Positions 18,122-27,062 of a stretch of 64,000 bases of DNA are shown here, one piece after another. The position numbers were made by a program, and so were the translations under genes. This DNA comes from Candidatus Dormibacter sp. (lineage in GTDB: Bacteria; Chloroflexota; Dormibacteria; CF-121). Below the pieces are notes generated by a model that saw only the letters and a program-made list of their open reading frames with translations, searched no databases and was not told the DNA's origin. The first letter of the stretch is position 1, and every line of letters begins with the position of its first letter. Location: the NCBI GenBank assembly GCA_039922495.1, contig JBDTEO010000024.1, positions 30,459 through 94,458 of the forward strand, read 5' to 3'.

Positions 18122-18298
18122 CCGCCCGGTGCCGGTTTCACGGACCGGACGCGTTTCAATTGCGGAGAGGCTTGCGCCGGGTATCCGCCGTTTGGCCAGC
18201 AGTTCGGCCGGCTGGCGGATGAGGAGGGGGACCGGCGCAGGCTACGCTCCTCGATGCGCCGGGCAGGTCGAGCCTCGCCCGAGTTCCAGGAGGCAGTC

Positions 18299-19750
18299 AT
18301 GTTACTCGTCGATAAGCTGAACAAGGGTCGTCTGCCCGAGAAGCCGGACAACGGCGGCGATGTCACGTCGCCACCGCCTCCCCCGCCTCTGGGCGTCAAG
18401 CCGCAGAGCATTGCCTCCCGAATCCCCAACGTGGAGCGGATTAAGAAGACCATCCACGAGCAGCTGATCGCCTCGCTCGGCTTCAACTCCGATAACCACA
18501 AGCGTGAGGACGTTCTCAAGCGCATCGGCGAGCTGGTCGACCAGTACTGCGACGACACCAAGCTCAAGTTGACGAAGTTCGATCGCGACGAACTGTGCGA
18601 GCTCATCATTGACGATGTCCTGGGCCTGGGCCTGTTGGAGGGTCTCCTCGCCGATCCGGAAGTCAGCGAGATCATGGTCAACGGCCCCAAGACGATCTTC
18701 ATCGAGCGCCGCGGCCGCATCACCCAGTCGCAGCTGGCCTTCGATAACGAAACGCAGCTCCGCAAGGTGATCGACCGTATTGTCGCCCGCATCGGCCGCC
18801 GGGTCGACGAGTCCTCGCCGATGGTGGATGCCCGACTGACAGACGGATCCCGGGTGAACATCGTGATCCCACCACTGGCGGTCCAGGGATCGAGTATCAC
18901 GATCAGAAAGTTCTCCCGGGTCCCGCTGAAGGTGCAGGACCTGATCAACTTCGGCACGCTCAATAAAGAGATGGCGGACTTCATCCGGGCCTGCGTTCGG
19001 TCCCGGATCAGCATGGTGGTGAGTGGCGGCACGGGGTCAGGGAAGACCACCACGCTCAACGTGCTCTCCAGCTTCATCCCTGATACGGAGCGCGTCGTCA
19101 CCGTCGAAGACACCGCGGAATTGCAGTTGCGCCAGCGTAACCTGGTCTCGCTCGAAGCCCGCAGTGCCAACGTCGAGGGACGTGGCCTCGTCAGCATCCG
19201 CGACCTTGTCGTCAACGCCTTGCGCATGCGTCCCGACCGCATCGTGGTCGGCGAATGTCGGGCAGGGGAAACGCTCGACATGCTCCAGGCGATGAACACG
19301 GGCCACGACGGCAGCATGACGACGGTCCATGCGAACAGCCCACGCGACGCCGTCGGGCGGATCGAGACCATGGTCATCATGGGTGGCTCCGACCTCCCCT
19401 TCCAGGCGATCCGCGAGCAGATCGTCGGTGGCATTACCCTCTTCGTGCAACAGTCGCGTCTCCGCGACGGGCGCCGCCTGGTCACGCACATTTCGGAAAT
19501 CACGGGCCTCAGTGGGAGCCAGATTCAGCTGCAGGACATCTGCGTTTTCGACCAGACCGGCATCGACCAGGACGGCAATGTCCTCGGCGCGTTCCGCTGG
19601 ACGGGCGTCATCCCCAAGCTCCTTCCCCGCCTCAAGGCGAACGGTGAAGACTTCCCGACGGCCGTCTTCGGTGTTCCCGGCCTGCAGGTGATTGGCGGCG
19701 TTCCCCAATCCCACGGCACCGGCGCGGCGGACCGGGCCGTGGCGGACTAG
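18299..19750 (+). CDS. cpaF: CpaF/TadA-family pilus assembly ATPase (type II/IV secretion NTPase)
   Basis: Walker A VSGGTGSGKTTTLN. Asp box, Walker B and His box (RIVVGECRAGE...TGHDGSMTTVHANS). GGAGG SD 6 nt upstream of the ATG at 18299. Confidence 0.9.
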   Translation: MLLVDKLNKGRLPEKPDNGGDVTSPPPPPPLGVKPQSIASRIPNVERIKKTIHEQLIASLGFNSDNHKREDVLKRIGELVDQYCDDTKLKLTKFDRDELCELIIDDVLGLGLLEGLLADPEVSEIMVNGPKTIFIERRGRITQSQLAFDNETQLRKVIDRIVARIGRRVDESSPMVDARLTDGSRVNIVIPPLAVQGSSITIRKFSRVPLKVQDLINFGTLNKEMADFIRACVRSRISMVVSGGTGSGKTTTLNVLSSFIPDTERVVTVEDTAELQLRQRNLVSLEARSANVEGRGLVSIRDLVVNALRMRPDRIVVGECRAGETLDMLQAMNTGHDGSMTTVHANSPRDAVGRIETMVIMGGSDLPFQAIREQIVGGITLFVQQSRLRDGRRLVTHISEITGLSGSQIQLQDICVFDQTGIDQDGNVLGAFRWTGVIPKLLPRLKANGEDFPTAVFGVPGLQVIGGVPQSHGTGAADRAVAD

Positions 19751-19753
19751 GCG

Positions 19754-21661
19754 ATGGCTCGCTGGTTGGGCTGGCGGCAGCAGCCGGAACCACCCCACGA
19801 TTCCCTCGCGCCGGCGCCGAAGCCGGCTGGCGACCTCCCGGCGGCCGCCGACCAGACCCAGCTCGACGAGGCGCGGGCAGTCCAGGCCCGACTCCGGCAG
19901 GACCTCGCGGAGCTGCTCAAAGCGCATCGCCAGCAGGGCCGGATCCTGGAGCGAAACGAGAAGCAGCTCGAGCAGGCCGAGCAGGAGCTCGATCGTCAGC
20001 GGGATACCGTCGCCGCGCAACTGAAAGAAGTCGCCGACGGGCGCAAGGCCGCCGCGGAGCAGGCCAGCCGGGTCCGCGAGCTGGAGGCGACCGCCGACCA
20101 GCATGCCCGGCTGCAAGCTACGCACCAGGCGCTCGAACGCGAACGCCAGGACCTGACCGACCGGCTCGCCGAGATCACTCGCAGCCGGGCGAATCTCAAC
20201 GCCGAGCGCGAGCGGCTCATGGCGCAGGTCGCCACCGCGCACGCGACGCTCGCCGCCCGCGAGGCGGAGGTCGCGTCCCTCAAGAACGATCTGGAAGCGA
20301 TCGACGCCGAGCTGGCCCGGGCGAAGAAATCCCTGGCCGAGGCTGGTGCCGAGAACGCCAGGCTCAAGGCCGAGAACGACCGCGTTGCCGAGATCGAGGC
20401 GGCCCGGATCCACCTGCAGCTCGAGAACGACACGCTGGTTGCCCGCTCCGACGTCGCTCGCACGCAGCTGGCCGAGGCGGAACAGGCGCTCGCCACCGCA
20501 CAGGCCACCATTAAGGCGGCTCAGCGACTCTCGTCATCGGTGGAATGGCGCGGCGCGCTCGATAGCGTCCTGGACGCTGCGTCGGAACTGGTCAAGTTTG
20601 AGCGCGGGACGCTGGCGCTCGTCGATGAGCTGCAGGAAGAGCTCAAGGTGGAGGCCGCTCGCAACAGTCCCATCGCCGTCAGCGAGATGTCGCGCTTCAA
20701 GGTGGGCGAAGGCATTGCCGGGTGGGCGCTCTCGCATCGGCAACCGGTGCTGGTTAAAGACAGTCGCTCCGATGCGCGCTTCAAGGCCTCGGATCCCAAA
20801 CACCAACCGCGGTCCTTCATCGCGGTGCCACTCCTGGCCGACAACGAGGGCCTGGGAGTCCTGACGCTGGCGCGGCCCGCCTCCGACCCCTTCAGCGAGG
20901 ACGACCTTCGCAACCTGGCCCGAGTCGCCACCGACGCCTCGAACGCGCTCATCAACGCCCGCCTCATCGACCTCCTCAAACAGCGCGAGGACCGGCTCAC
21001 GACGCTCGTGCGCAAGGCCCGCGAGCTGACCGCCGCCCAGGACATCAAGGCCGTGGTCGAGTTCGCCCTCTCCAGCGCGCTCGAGCTTGGCGGTGGCAAG
21101 GCCACGCTGCTCGCCGTCCGTAACCCGAAAACCCTCGAGCTCGAGATCATCGGCAGCCACGGTCTGCCCTCAACGATTACGGAGGAGCGCATCGCCTGGG
21201 GTGCCCCGGCCGCGGCGGATGTCATCCGCACCGGCAAGCCATGGGTGTCGCCGATGCGGGAGATGCTGCCGCCGGCGATGGTCGAGAGTGGCGAGCAACT
21301 GGGACTCAAGACGCTGGTCTGCGTGCCGTGCGGCCGCCCGGCCCAGCCGCAATCCCTGGACGAGAGTGCACTCTTGAGCCGCTCCGATACCGACGGGTCC
21401 GATGAGACCAGCGGCGTGCTCAACGTCTACCGTGACACCCTGGACCCGATCCGCGCCGCCGATCTCGATCAGCTAAAGGCGTTCGCCGAGCAGGTCGCCG
21501 TCGCGATCCAGAACGTCCGGCGGGCCGAGCGGGTCAAGGAACAGCTGCAGGCGACGGCGTCGCAGAACACCCGGATGATGGGACGCGAGCGATATATCAA
21601 CCAGCTGCTCTTTCGGATCCGGCAGCTCGAACAGGAACTCGGCCGCTACAAGGCCGCCTGA
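19754..21661 (+). CDS. Coiled-coil protein with two C-terminal GAF domains
   Basis: About 250-aa heptad-rich segment (repeated LEQAEQEL / AELARAKKSLAEA type sequence), then two GAF-like folds (FKVGEGIAGWALSHRQPVLVKD...). Starts 4 nt after the cpaF stop. Confidence 0.7.
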   Translation: MARWLGWRQQPEPPHDSLAPAPKPAGDLPAAADQTQLDEARAVQARLRQDLAELLKAHRQQGRILERNEKQLEQAEQELDRQRDTVAAQLKEVADGRKAAAEQASRVRELEATADQHARLQATHQALERERQDLTDRLAEITRSRANLNAERERLMAQVATAHATLAAREAEVASLKNDLEAIDAELARAKKSLAEAGAENARLKAENDRVAEIEAARIHLQLENDTLVARSDVARTQLAEAEQALATAQATIKAAQRLSSSVEWRGALDSVLDAASELVKFERGTLALVDELQEELKVEAARNSPIAVSEMSRFKVGEGIAGWALSHRQPVLVKDSRSDARFKASDPKHQPRSFIAVPLLADNEGLGVLTLARPASDPFSEDDLRNLARVATDASNALINARLIDLLKQREDRLTTLVRKARELTAAQDIKAVVEFALSSALELGGGKATLLAVRNPKTLELEIIGSHGLPSTITEERIAWGAPAAADVIRTGKPWVSPMREMLPPAMVESGEQLGLKTLVCVPCGRPAQPQSLDESALLSRSDTDGSDETSGVLNVYRDTLDPIRAADLDQLKAFAEQVAVAIQNVRRAERVKEQLQATASQNTRMMGRERYINQLLFRIRQLEQELGRYKAA

Positions 21662-21680
21662 GCCGCACGGCCCAGCCGGG

Positions 21681-22040
21681 CTAGCGGAGCCGGCGTTTGC
21701 GCTTGGCCGCCAGGTTGAGGCGGCCGAGGATAAAGGCGTCGATCACGCGATGCGAGGCGACCACGCCATCGCCGACGCGGCGAGAACCCTTGCGGCGGTC
21801 GGTCTTGAGATCGATCAGGTACTTCTCCTGCTGCGCCCAGACCAGTTCGATCAGGCGGCTGAAGGTGACGTCAGGCTCGACCACGATCCCCTCGACCTCG
21901 ATCCGTTCCCGAACCGGTACGGGAAGCTCCTTGGCCTCGGCCAGGTTGAGCCGCTCCAACGCCTCCAGCAGGTCATCCAGGCGGCGGAGATGATAGCGGC
22001 GCTCCGCTTCGTTCCCGTATGCCTTAGGTGTTGTGTCCAA
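21681..22040 (-). CDS. Hypothetical protein (119 aa)
   Basis: ORF with plausible codon usage; no family recognised. Confidence 0.45.
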   Translation of the reverse strand: MDTTPKAYGNEAERRYHLRRLDDLLEALERLNLAEAKELPVPVRERIEVEGIVVEPDVTFSRLIELVWAQQEKYLIDLKTDRRKGSRRVGDGVVASHRVIDAFILGRLNLAAKRKRRLR

Positions 22041-22060
22041 GCGGTTCTCCTTTCAGGATT

Positions 22061-22934
22061 TTATGCCCGTATAACCCCGGCGCCGGCGATTACTTCGACA
22101 CCCTGTTCCTCAATGGCGGCGATGACGCGGTTGACGCCGATCGAGTCGCTTGGCATGTGACCGGTGATGATCAAGTTCGCGCCCGGCCGCTGCAGCAGCT
22201 CGAGCTCCCGCAGGTCGCGATCGTCCAGGTGCATCGCCAGGATGGTGTCAATGCCGTGCTCATAATACGTGCGATAGATGGCCGCGCCGCCATTGGTCCC
22301 GGCCGCCATCTGCACGATCCAGCGGCCGACCGGGTTCCGCTCGGCGCCCAACCAGAGCTCCGGCTTGACCAGGGCGCGGGCCATCTCCGGCACCAGGGCG
22401 AGCGACGCCACCAGCGCTCCCGCGGTCAGGGATTGGTTCTGGCTCGCGGTCCGGACGAAGTCCTCGAAGAAGCGCCGCGCCAGGATGTCGGCGGCGAGGT
22501 GGATGTTCATCAGGGGCATCTGGAGCTGGCGGGCTGCCTCGACGACGCGGTCGTAGTTGGCGCTGTGCAGCGCCCGGGCGACCGGGCGTGCCCGGGCCAG
22601 AACCAGCGGCTCAGCGACCGCGGCCGGGATGCCTTCGGCCAGCATCTGGTCGCGATGCCGGCCGATGATCCTCGGGATGCCAAGCCGCGCAGCGTTGCCC
22701 AGAGGGTGGTGGGCGATGACGCCGTCCAGGCCGAGTGCTCGCGCCAGCAGCACCTCGCCGACGTCGATATCGATCCCGAATAGGACACGGCTGACGTCGC
22801 CGTCCACATAGACCTGCGAGTCGGCCGGCGTGGCGTTGCAGGCCGCCAGCCGGTTGGCCACCTCCATGATCTCGGTCAACCGCACAACGGTTGCGATTAT
22901 GCTGGTTTCCGCATGGACGGCGGGTTCGCTCCAA
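22061..22934 (-). CDS. NIF3/YqfO-family dinuclear metal-centre protein (GTP cyclohydrolase 1 type 2-like)
   Basis: Conserved NIF3 blocks (DVGEVLLARALGLDGVIAHHPLG; ...NLIITGHMPSDSIG). The track ORF extends to 23494, but homology begins around 22870-22934, so the start is uncertain. Confidence 0.72.
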
Positions 22935-23419
22935 CCTTCAAGGAGGCGGTGGGCCGCTGGCGGCGGCGTCATCGGCATCCACCCCAAAACGAGACCTGGT
23001 TCGCCGTCCACTACCGGGTTGGCTGGCTCGTCGAACGCTTGAACACGCTGGAAAGCATCCACCTGCTGCGCCAGGGCCTTGATGTGCGATCGTTGTCGGC
23101 CGAACGTCCGGCCAGGAAGCGCAAGGGCGAGGGCGAGGGGGACGGCGTCGGCACCCTGGATGGCGAAGGCCAGGATCCCGACCTCGCCGACGAGCCCGAG
23201 CCCACCGTGGCGGGCGAGCCCGCCGTCGAGGAAACCCAGTCCGCCACGCCGGCTGGCGATGCCGGATAATCGCGCCATGCGTCGGGGGATGCGGCCGCGA
23301 TGGATCAGCGCCCTGCTCGGGGGCATCGTCCTGCCGTTCGACCCGCTGCTGGGAATGGTGATGCTCGTGATCGCGCTCTGGCAGCCGAAGCGCAGGCCCC
23401 AGGTGGACACACCCAAGCC

Positions 23420-23869
23420 ATGAAGGTGTACCTCGGACGGGCGGTCAGCGGCGAGCTCGGCCCGCGCAGCCTGGAGGCAGTCCAGCTCGCCCACCGCGCG
23501 TTGACGGCGGTGGGCGTTGGCATCCTCTGCGAGCGAGTCGCCGACCCCGACTACCGGCCGGGGCTGGATCGGCCCGAGCTGATCGCGGAGATGATGCGCC
23601 GCGAGCTACTGGAGGCGGACGCCGGCTGCATGGAGATGACCGGCCGTAGCAGCGGCGTGGGTTTCGAGGCCGGTTGGCTCGCCGGCCGGAACCGTCCGGT
23701 GCTCATCCTCTATGACGCTGATGAGGCGCCGTCGTCCTCGATCGTGCGATTCCCGCCATTCGACCACTGCATCGCGTTCGGCTATCGCGACCTGATGGAG
23801 ATCCGGGAAGCTGTGACCGATTTCGTGCAGACGATCGCCACCCACGCCGCGTACCGGGCGAACGCCTAA
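23420..23869 (+). CDS. Nucleoside 2-deoxyribosyltransferase-like (NDT/SLOG-superfamily) small protein
   Basis: MKVYLGRAVSGE...VGILCERVADPDY...ELLEADAGCMEMTG...PVLILYD pattern resembles the NDT-like Rossmannoid fold. Real start taken at ATG 23420. Confidence 0.5.
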   Translation: MKVYLGRAVSGELGPRSLEAVQLAHRALTAVGVGILCERVADPDYRPGLDRPELIAEMMRRELLEADAGCMEMTGRSSGVGFEAGWLAGRNRPVLILYDADEAPSSSIVRFPPFDHCIAFGYRDLMEIREAVTDFVQTIATHAAYRANA

Positions 23870-23915
23870 GCCCGCGACCACGCCGTTCGTCGCGATCGAT
23901 TCGTAGACTGGATCG

Positions 23916-24422
23916 ATGGGATTCCGTGCCTGCGTGCTGACGGTCAGCACCAAGGGCGCCCGCGGTGAGCGCCAGGACGAGAGCGGGGAGAAAGTCGCCG
24001 AGATGCTCGGCAGGCTGCCCGCCGAGATCGTTGCCCGTGCGGTGGTTTCCGATGACATCGACGACATCCGCCGCCAACTGCGGGACTGGATCATGGCGAC
24101 CGACCCGCATCTCATCGTCCTGACTGGCGGCACCGGGCTTGGCCCGCGGGACCTGACGCCGCAGGCGCTCGAGCCGATGCTCGATTACCCGATTCCTGGG
24201 ATGGGCGAGGCCATGCGCGCCGCTGGTCTTCGCAAGACGCCGCACGCCATGCTGTCGCGCTCGCTCGCCGGCGTCGCCGGGCAGACGGTTATCCTGGCCC
24301 TCCCCGGGAGCCCCCGGGGTGTCGCCGACAGTCTCGAGGCGGTCCTCGAAGCGCTGCCGCACGGCCTGCGCACGCTCCGCGGCGAAATCGGCGACGCCCC
24401 CGCGGCCCATCGGCCCAGCTGA
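23916..24422 (+). CDS. MogA/MoaB-family molybdopterin adenylyltransferase
   Basis: VLTVSTKGARGERQDESG...LIVLTGGTGLGPRDLTPQAL...ILALPGSP signature of MoaB/MogA. Confidence 0.85.
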   Translation: MGFRACVLTVSTKGARGERQDESGEKVAEMLGRLPAEIVARAVVSDDIDDIRRQLRDWIMATDPHLIVLTGGTGLGPRDLTPQALEPMLDYPIPGMGEAMRAAGLRKTPHAMLSRSLAGVAGQTVILALPGSPRGVADSLEAVLEALPHGLRTLRGEIGDAPAAHRPS

Positions 24423-24431
24423 GCCGCCCGC

Positions 24432-25307
24432 ATGCTCCGGGTCGGCATCTCGAGTTGGACCGAACCGACGCTGATCAAGAGCGGCGCCTTTTATCCGCCG
24501 GAGGCCACCAGCGCGGAGGAGCGGCTGCGTTTCTACGCATCGAAGTTCCCGATCGTCGAGGTGGACAGCTCCTTTTACGCCATCCCCAACGCGAAGACGG
24601 CGAGCTTATGGGTCGAGCGGACGCCGAAGGATTTCGTCTTCCATGCCAAGGCCTATGCCCTACTGACGCAGCACCCCACGCCCTCGGCTCGACTGCCGAA
24701 AGACCTGCGCGAGAAGCTGGCCGACCGTCGCGCCAACGTCTACTTCAAGGAGCTCAGCCCCAAAGACCAGGAAAGCGTCTGGGATCGGTTTCGCGAGGGT
24801 CTCCAGCCGCTGTACGATGCCGGCAAGCTGGGCGCCGTGTTGTTCCAGTTCCCGAAATGGTTTCTGCCTTCGCCGGCGGCCTACCGCTTCATGGAGGACC
24901 TTCGTGAGTGGCTTCCGGACTTTCGGATTGCCATCGAGTTCCGCCAGGCCGGCTGGATGAAGGAGGGGCGCCGCGACCGTGTCCTGGGCTTCCTCAAGGA
25001 TCACGGCTTCACCTACGTGGTGGTGGACGAGCCGCAGGGGTTTTTGTCCAGCGTGCCGCCGATGGTGGCCACCACCGCGCCACTGGCCATGGTCCGTTTT
25101 CACGGCCAGAATCGTGAGAACTGGGAGCGCAAGGGTATCAGCGCGGCCGAGAGATTCCGCTACCTCTATCAGCCGGCCGAGCTGCAGCGATGGGTCCAGA
25201 GCCTGAAACAGATGGAATCGGCTGCCGACGAGGTCCACGCGGTGATGAACAACTGCTATGCCGACTATGCCGTCCGGAATGCGGCCGACCTGGCCAGTCT
25301 GCTCTAG
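24432..25307 (+). CDS. DUF72 (UPF0759) family protein
   Basis: Typical DUF72 N-terminus LRVGISSWTEP...FYASKFPIVEVDSSFY. Confidence 0.85.
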   Translation: MLRVGISSWTEPTLIKSGAFYPPEATSAEERLRFYASKFPIVEVDSSFYAIPNAKTASLWVERTPKDFVFHAKAYALLTQHPTPSARLPKDLREKLADRRANVYFKELSPKDQESVWDRFREGLQPLYDAGKLGAVLFQFPKWFLPSPAAYRFMEDLREWLPDFRIAIEFRQAGWMKEGRRDRVLGFLKDHGFTYVVVDEPQGFLSSVPPMVATTAPLAMVRFHGQNRENWERKGISAAERFRYLYQPAELQRWVQSLKQMESAADEVHAVMNNCYADYAVRNAADLASLL

Positions 25308-25372
25308 GCGAAGGACCCTCGAAGGGAATTCCCCCCGTTCCCAGTTAAAGGGATAGCGCCCTGGGCGCGACC

Positions 25373-26584
25373 ATGCAGGCCTACCAGTCTCCGCCCTGTC
25401 CGTACTGCGGGATCACCTGGAATCCTCCGGGGGCCCAGGCCTGCGCCAATTGCCGCAACGCGCTGCCCCCGCAAGCCCCGGCCTACGCGCCTCCGGGCTA
25501 CGGGCCGCCCGGCTACCCGCCGCAAGGCCAATATCCGGGCGCTCCGGCCGGCTATCCGAGTCCCCAGGGGCCGCCCTATGCCGGTTACCCGCCCGCGGGC
25601 TTTCCGCCGGCCGCGCCGTATGCGCAATCCGTTCCCTACGGCCAGTATGGGTCGGCACCAGTCGCCGGTCCTGCCAGCGGGCCCGCTGGGGCGCCGGCCG
25701 GCAGCGTCAAGATCCTCGGACGTGACCTGGTGCTCCCGTTTCAAGTCCCGCCGGCCGTCCTCGCCTATCAACGGTTCGCGCTGGCCGGCGCGGCCGCCAT
25801 CGTCGTGCTGGCGGTGGTGGTGCTCGGCGTCACGCCGGCCATGTCCGCTGGCGAGATCGCCACGGCCCAGCGGGCGCTTACGCTGACCGTCTCGCATCAA
25901 GCCAGGGTTGATGGCGCCTTTGCCAAGTTTTTCAGCACACAGGCCGGGTCGAACGATCCCAATGTGGAAAAGAAGACGCTGCAGCAAGAGGCCACGATCT
26001 TTGCTGACGGGCTGGCCGCTGTCCAGGCCGACGAGGCGGCACTCCGGTCGAGCGATCAGCACCTCGCATGGCTTCAACCGGTCACCCCGCTCAAGGCATC
26101 CGCGATCGCCGCGGAGCGGCGCCGGCTGAGCGCGACGCTGTCCGGGCTGACCCAGGCGGACGCGGCGCTTACCGTGGCGGTCAACGAGTCGAACGTCGCG
26201 CTGCCCTATATCGACGCGCTGATCGATTACACCAAGATGGGTGCGGCACTGGGCAAACACGATCTCGTCGGCGCCGGCGCGCCTTATCCGGACGCTCAGC
26301 AAAAGCTCGAGCTCGCCATGTCGCTCGATCACGCCGCGGGACTCCCGCCCGCCATCGCCAAGCAGGTCAGCAGCTTTAACGATGCCCTGAACAGTAGCGA
26401 AGCCCTGGTCCAGGCGCTGCAGGCCAAGGATGCCGCCGCGGTCAAGAAGGCGAACGACGCCATTCAGGCCGCCTTGAAAGCGATGGCGAGCCCGGCCGAG
26501 ACCGTGCCGCCAGACTACGAGAGCAAAACGTTCGGGCCGAAGCAAAAGGCCTACGACAGCGCCATCAAGGCGCTCAAGAGCTAG
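25373..26584 (+). CDS. Membrane protein: N-terminal zinc ribbon, Pro/Tyr/Gly-rich linker, single TM, helical extracytoplasmic domain
   Basis: CPYCG...CANC zinc ribbon. [16 protein letters not shown] low-complexity region. TM at about aa 150-175. Ala-rich alpha-helical C-terminal domain. Confidence 0.6.
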   Translation: MQAYQSPPCPYCGITWNPPGAQACANCRNALPPQAPAYAPPGYGPPGYPPQGQYPGAPAGYPSPQGPPYAGYPPAGFPPAAPYAQSVPYGQYGSAPVAGPASGPAGAPAGSVKILGRDLVLPFQVPPAVLAYQRFALAGAAAIVVLAVVVLGVTPAMSAGEIATAQRALTLTVSHQARVDGAFAKFFSTQAGSNDPNVEKKTLQQEATIFADGLAAVQADEAALRSSDQHLAWLQPVTPLKASAIAAERRRLSATLSGLTQADAALTVAVNESNVALPYIDALIDYTKMGAALGKHDLVGAGAPYPDAQQKLELAMSLDHAAGLPPAIAKQVSSFNDALNSSEALVQALQAKDAAAVKKANDAIQAALKAMASPAETVPPDYESKTFGPKQKAYDSAIKALKS

Positions 26585-27018
26585 TCGGGGCGGCGCACCG
26601 CGCCGCTCTTGCCTCCGTGCTTTTCCAGCAGTTCCAGTCCCTCGATCGTCATCCACCGGTCGGCGCTCTTCGCCATGTCGATCACAGTGAGCGCCGCGAC
26701 GGCGGCCGCGGTCAGCGCCTCCATCTCGGCGCCGGTTTGCGCCTCGCAGCGAACCGTGGACTCGATCCGCAGGCCGGGCAGCTGCTGATCGGCCACACAC
26801 GACACGTCGACGAAGGTCAGCGCCAGCGGATGGCACATGGGAATCAGGTCGCTGCATCGCTTCGCGGCCTGGATGCCGGCGATCCGTGCGGTGGCGAAGA
26901 CGTCGCCTTTGGGGAGGTTGCCGGCGACGATGGCGTCCAGCGCCTCCACTCGCATGCGCACACGTGCCTGCGCCCGAGCCTCGCGATGACTCACCGCTTT
27001 TCCCGAGATGTCGACCAT
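26581..27018 (-). CDS. moaC: Cyclic pyranopterin monophosphate synthase MoaC
   Basis: Strong match to E. coli MoaC ([13 protein letters not shown]...V.M...[26 protein letters not shown]...[10 protein letters not shown]). The conserved N-terminal block ([11 protein letters not shown]) continues upstream of the ATG. Confidence 0.9.
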   Translation of the reverse strand: MVDISGKAVSHREARAQARVRMRVEALDAIVAGNLPKGDVFATARIAGIQAAKRCSDLIPMCHPLALTFVDVSCVADQQLPGLRIESTVRCEAQTGAEMEALTAAAVAALTVIDMAKSADRWMTIEGLELLEKHGGKSGAVRRPD

Positions 27019-27062
27019 CCGGGCCTGGCCGCCCGGGCCGAGATGCGCGAGGCGATCCTGGT

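Noticed and set aside
18118-19503. 461-aa minus-strand ORF antisense to cpaF
   Set aside because: Ser/Arg/Thr-rich nonsense composition. cpaF on the opposite strand has unambiguous Walker motifs.
19037-20413. 458-aa minus-strand ORF
   Set aside because: Antisense to the cpaF 3' end and coiled-coil GAF gene; low-complexity.
22935-23494. N-terminal 180-aa extension of the NIF3 ORF as listed in the track
   Set aside because: NIF3 homology begins only near 22870-22934. The upstream part has no similarity and overlaps plus-strand small ORFs, so a later start is preferred.
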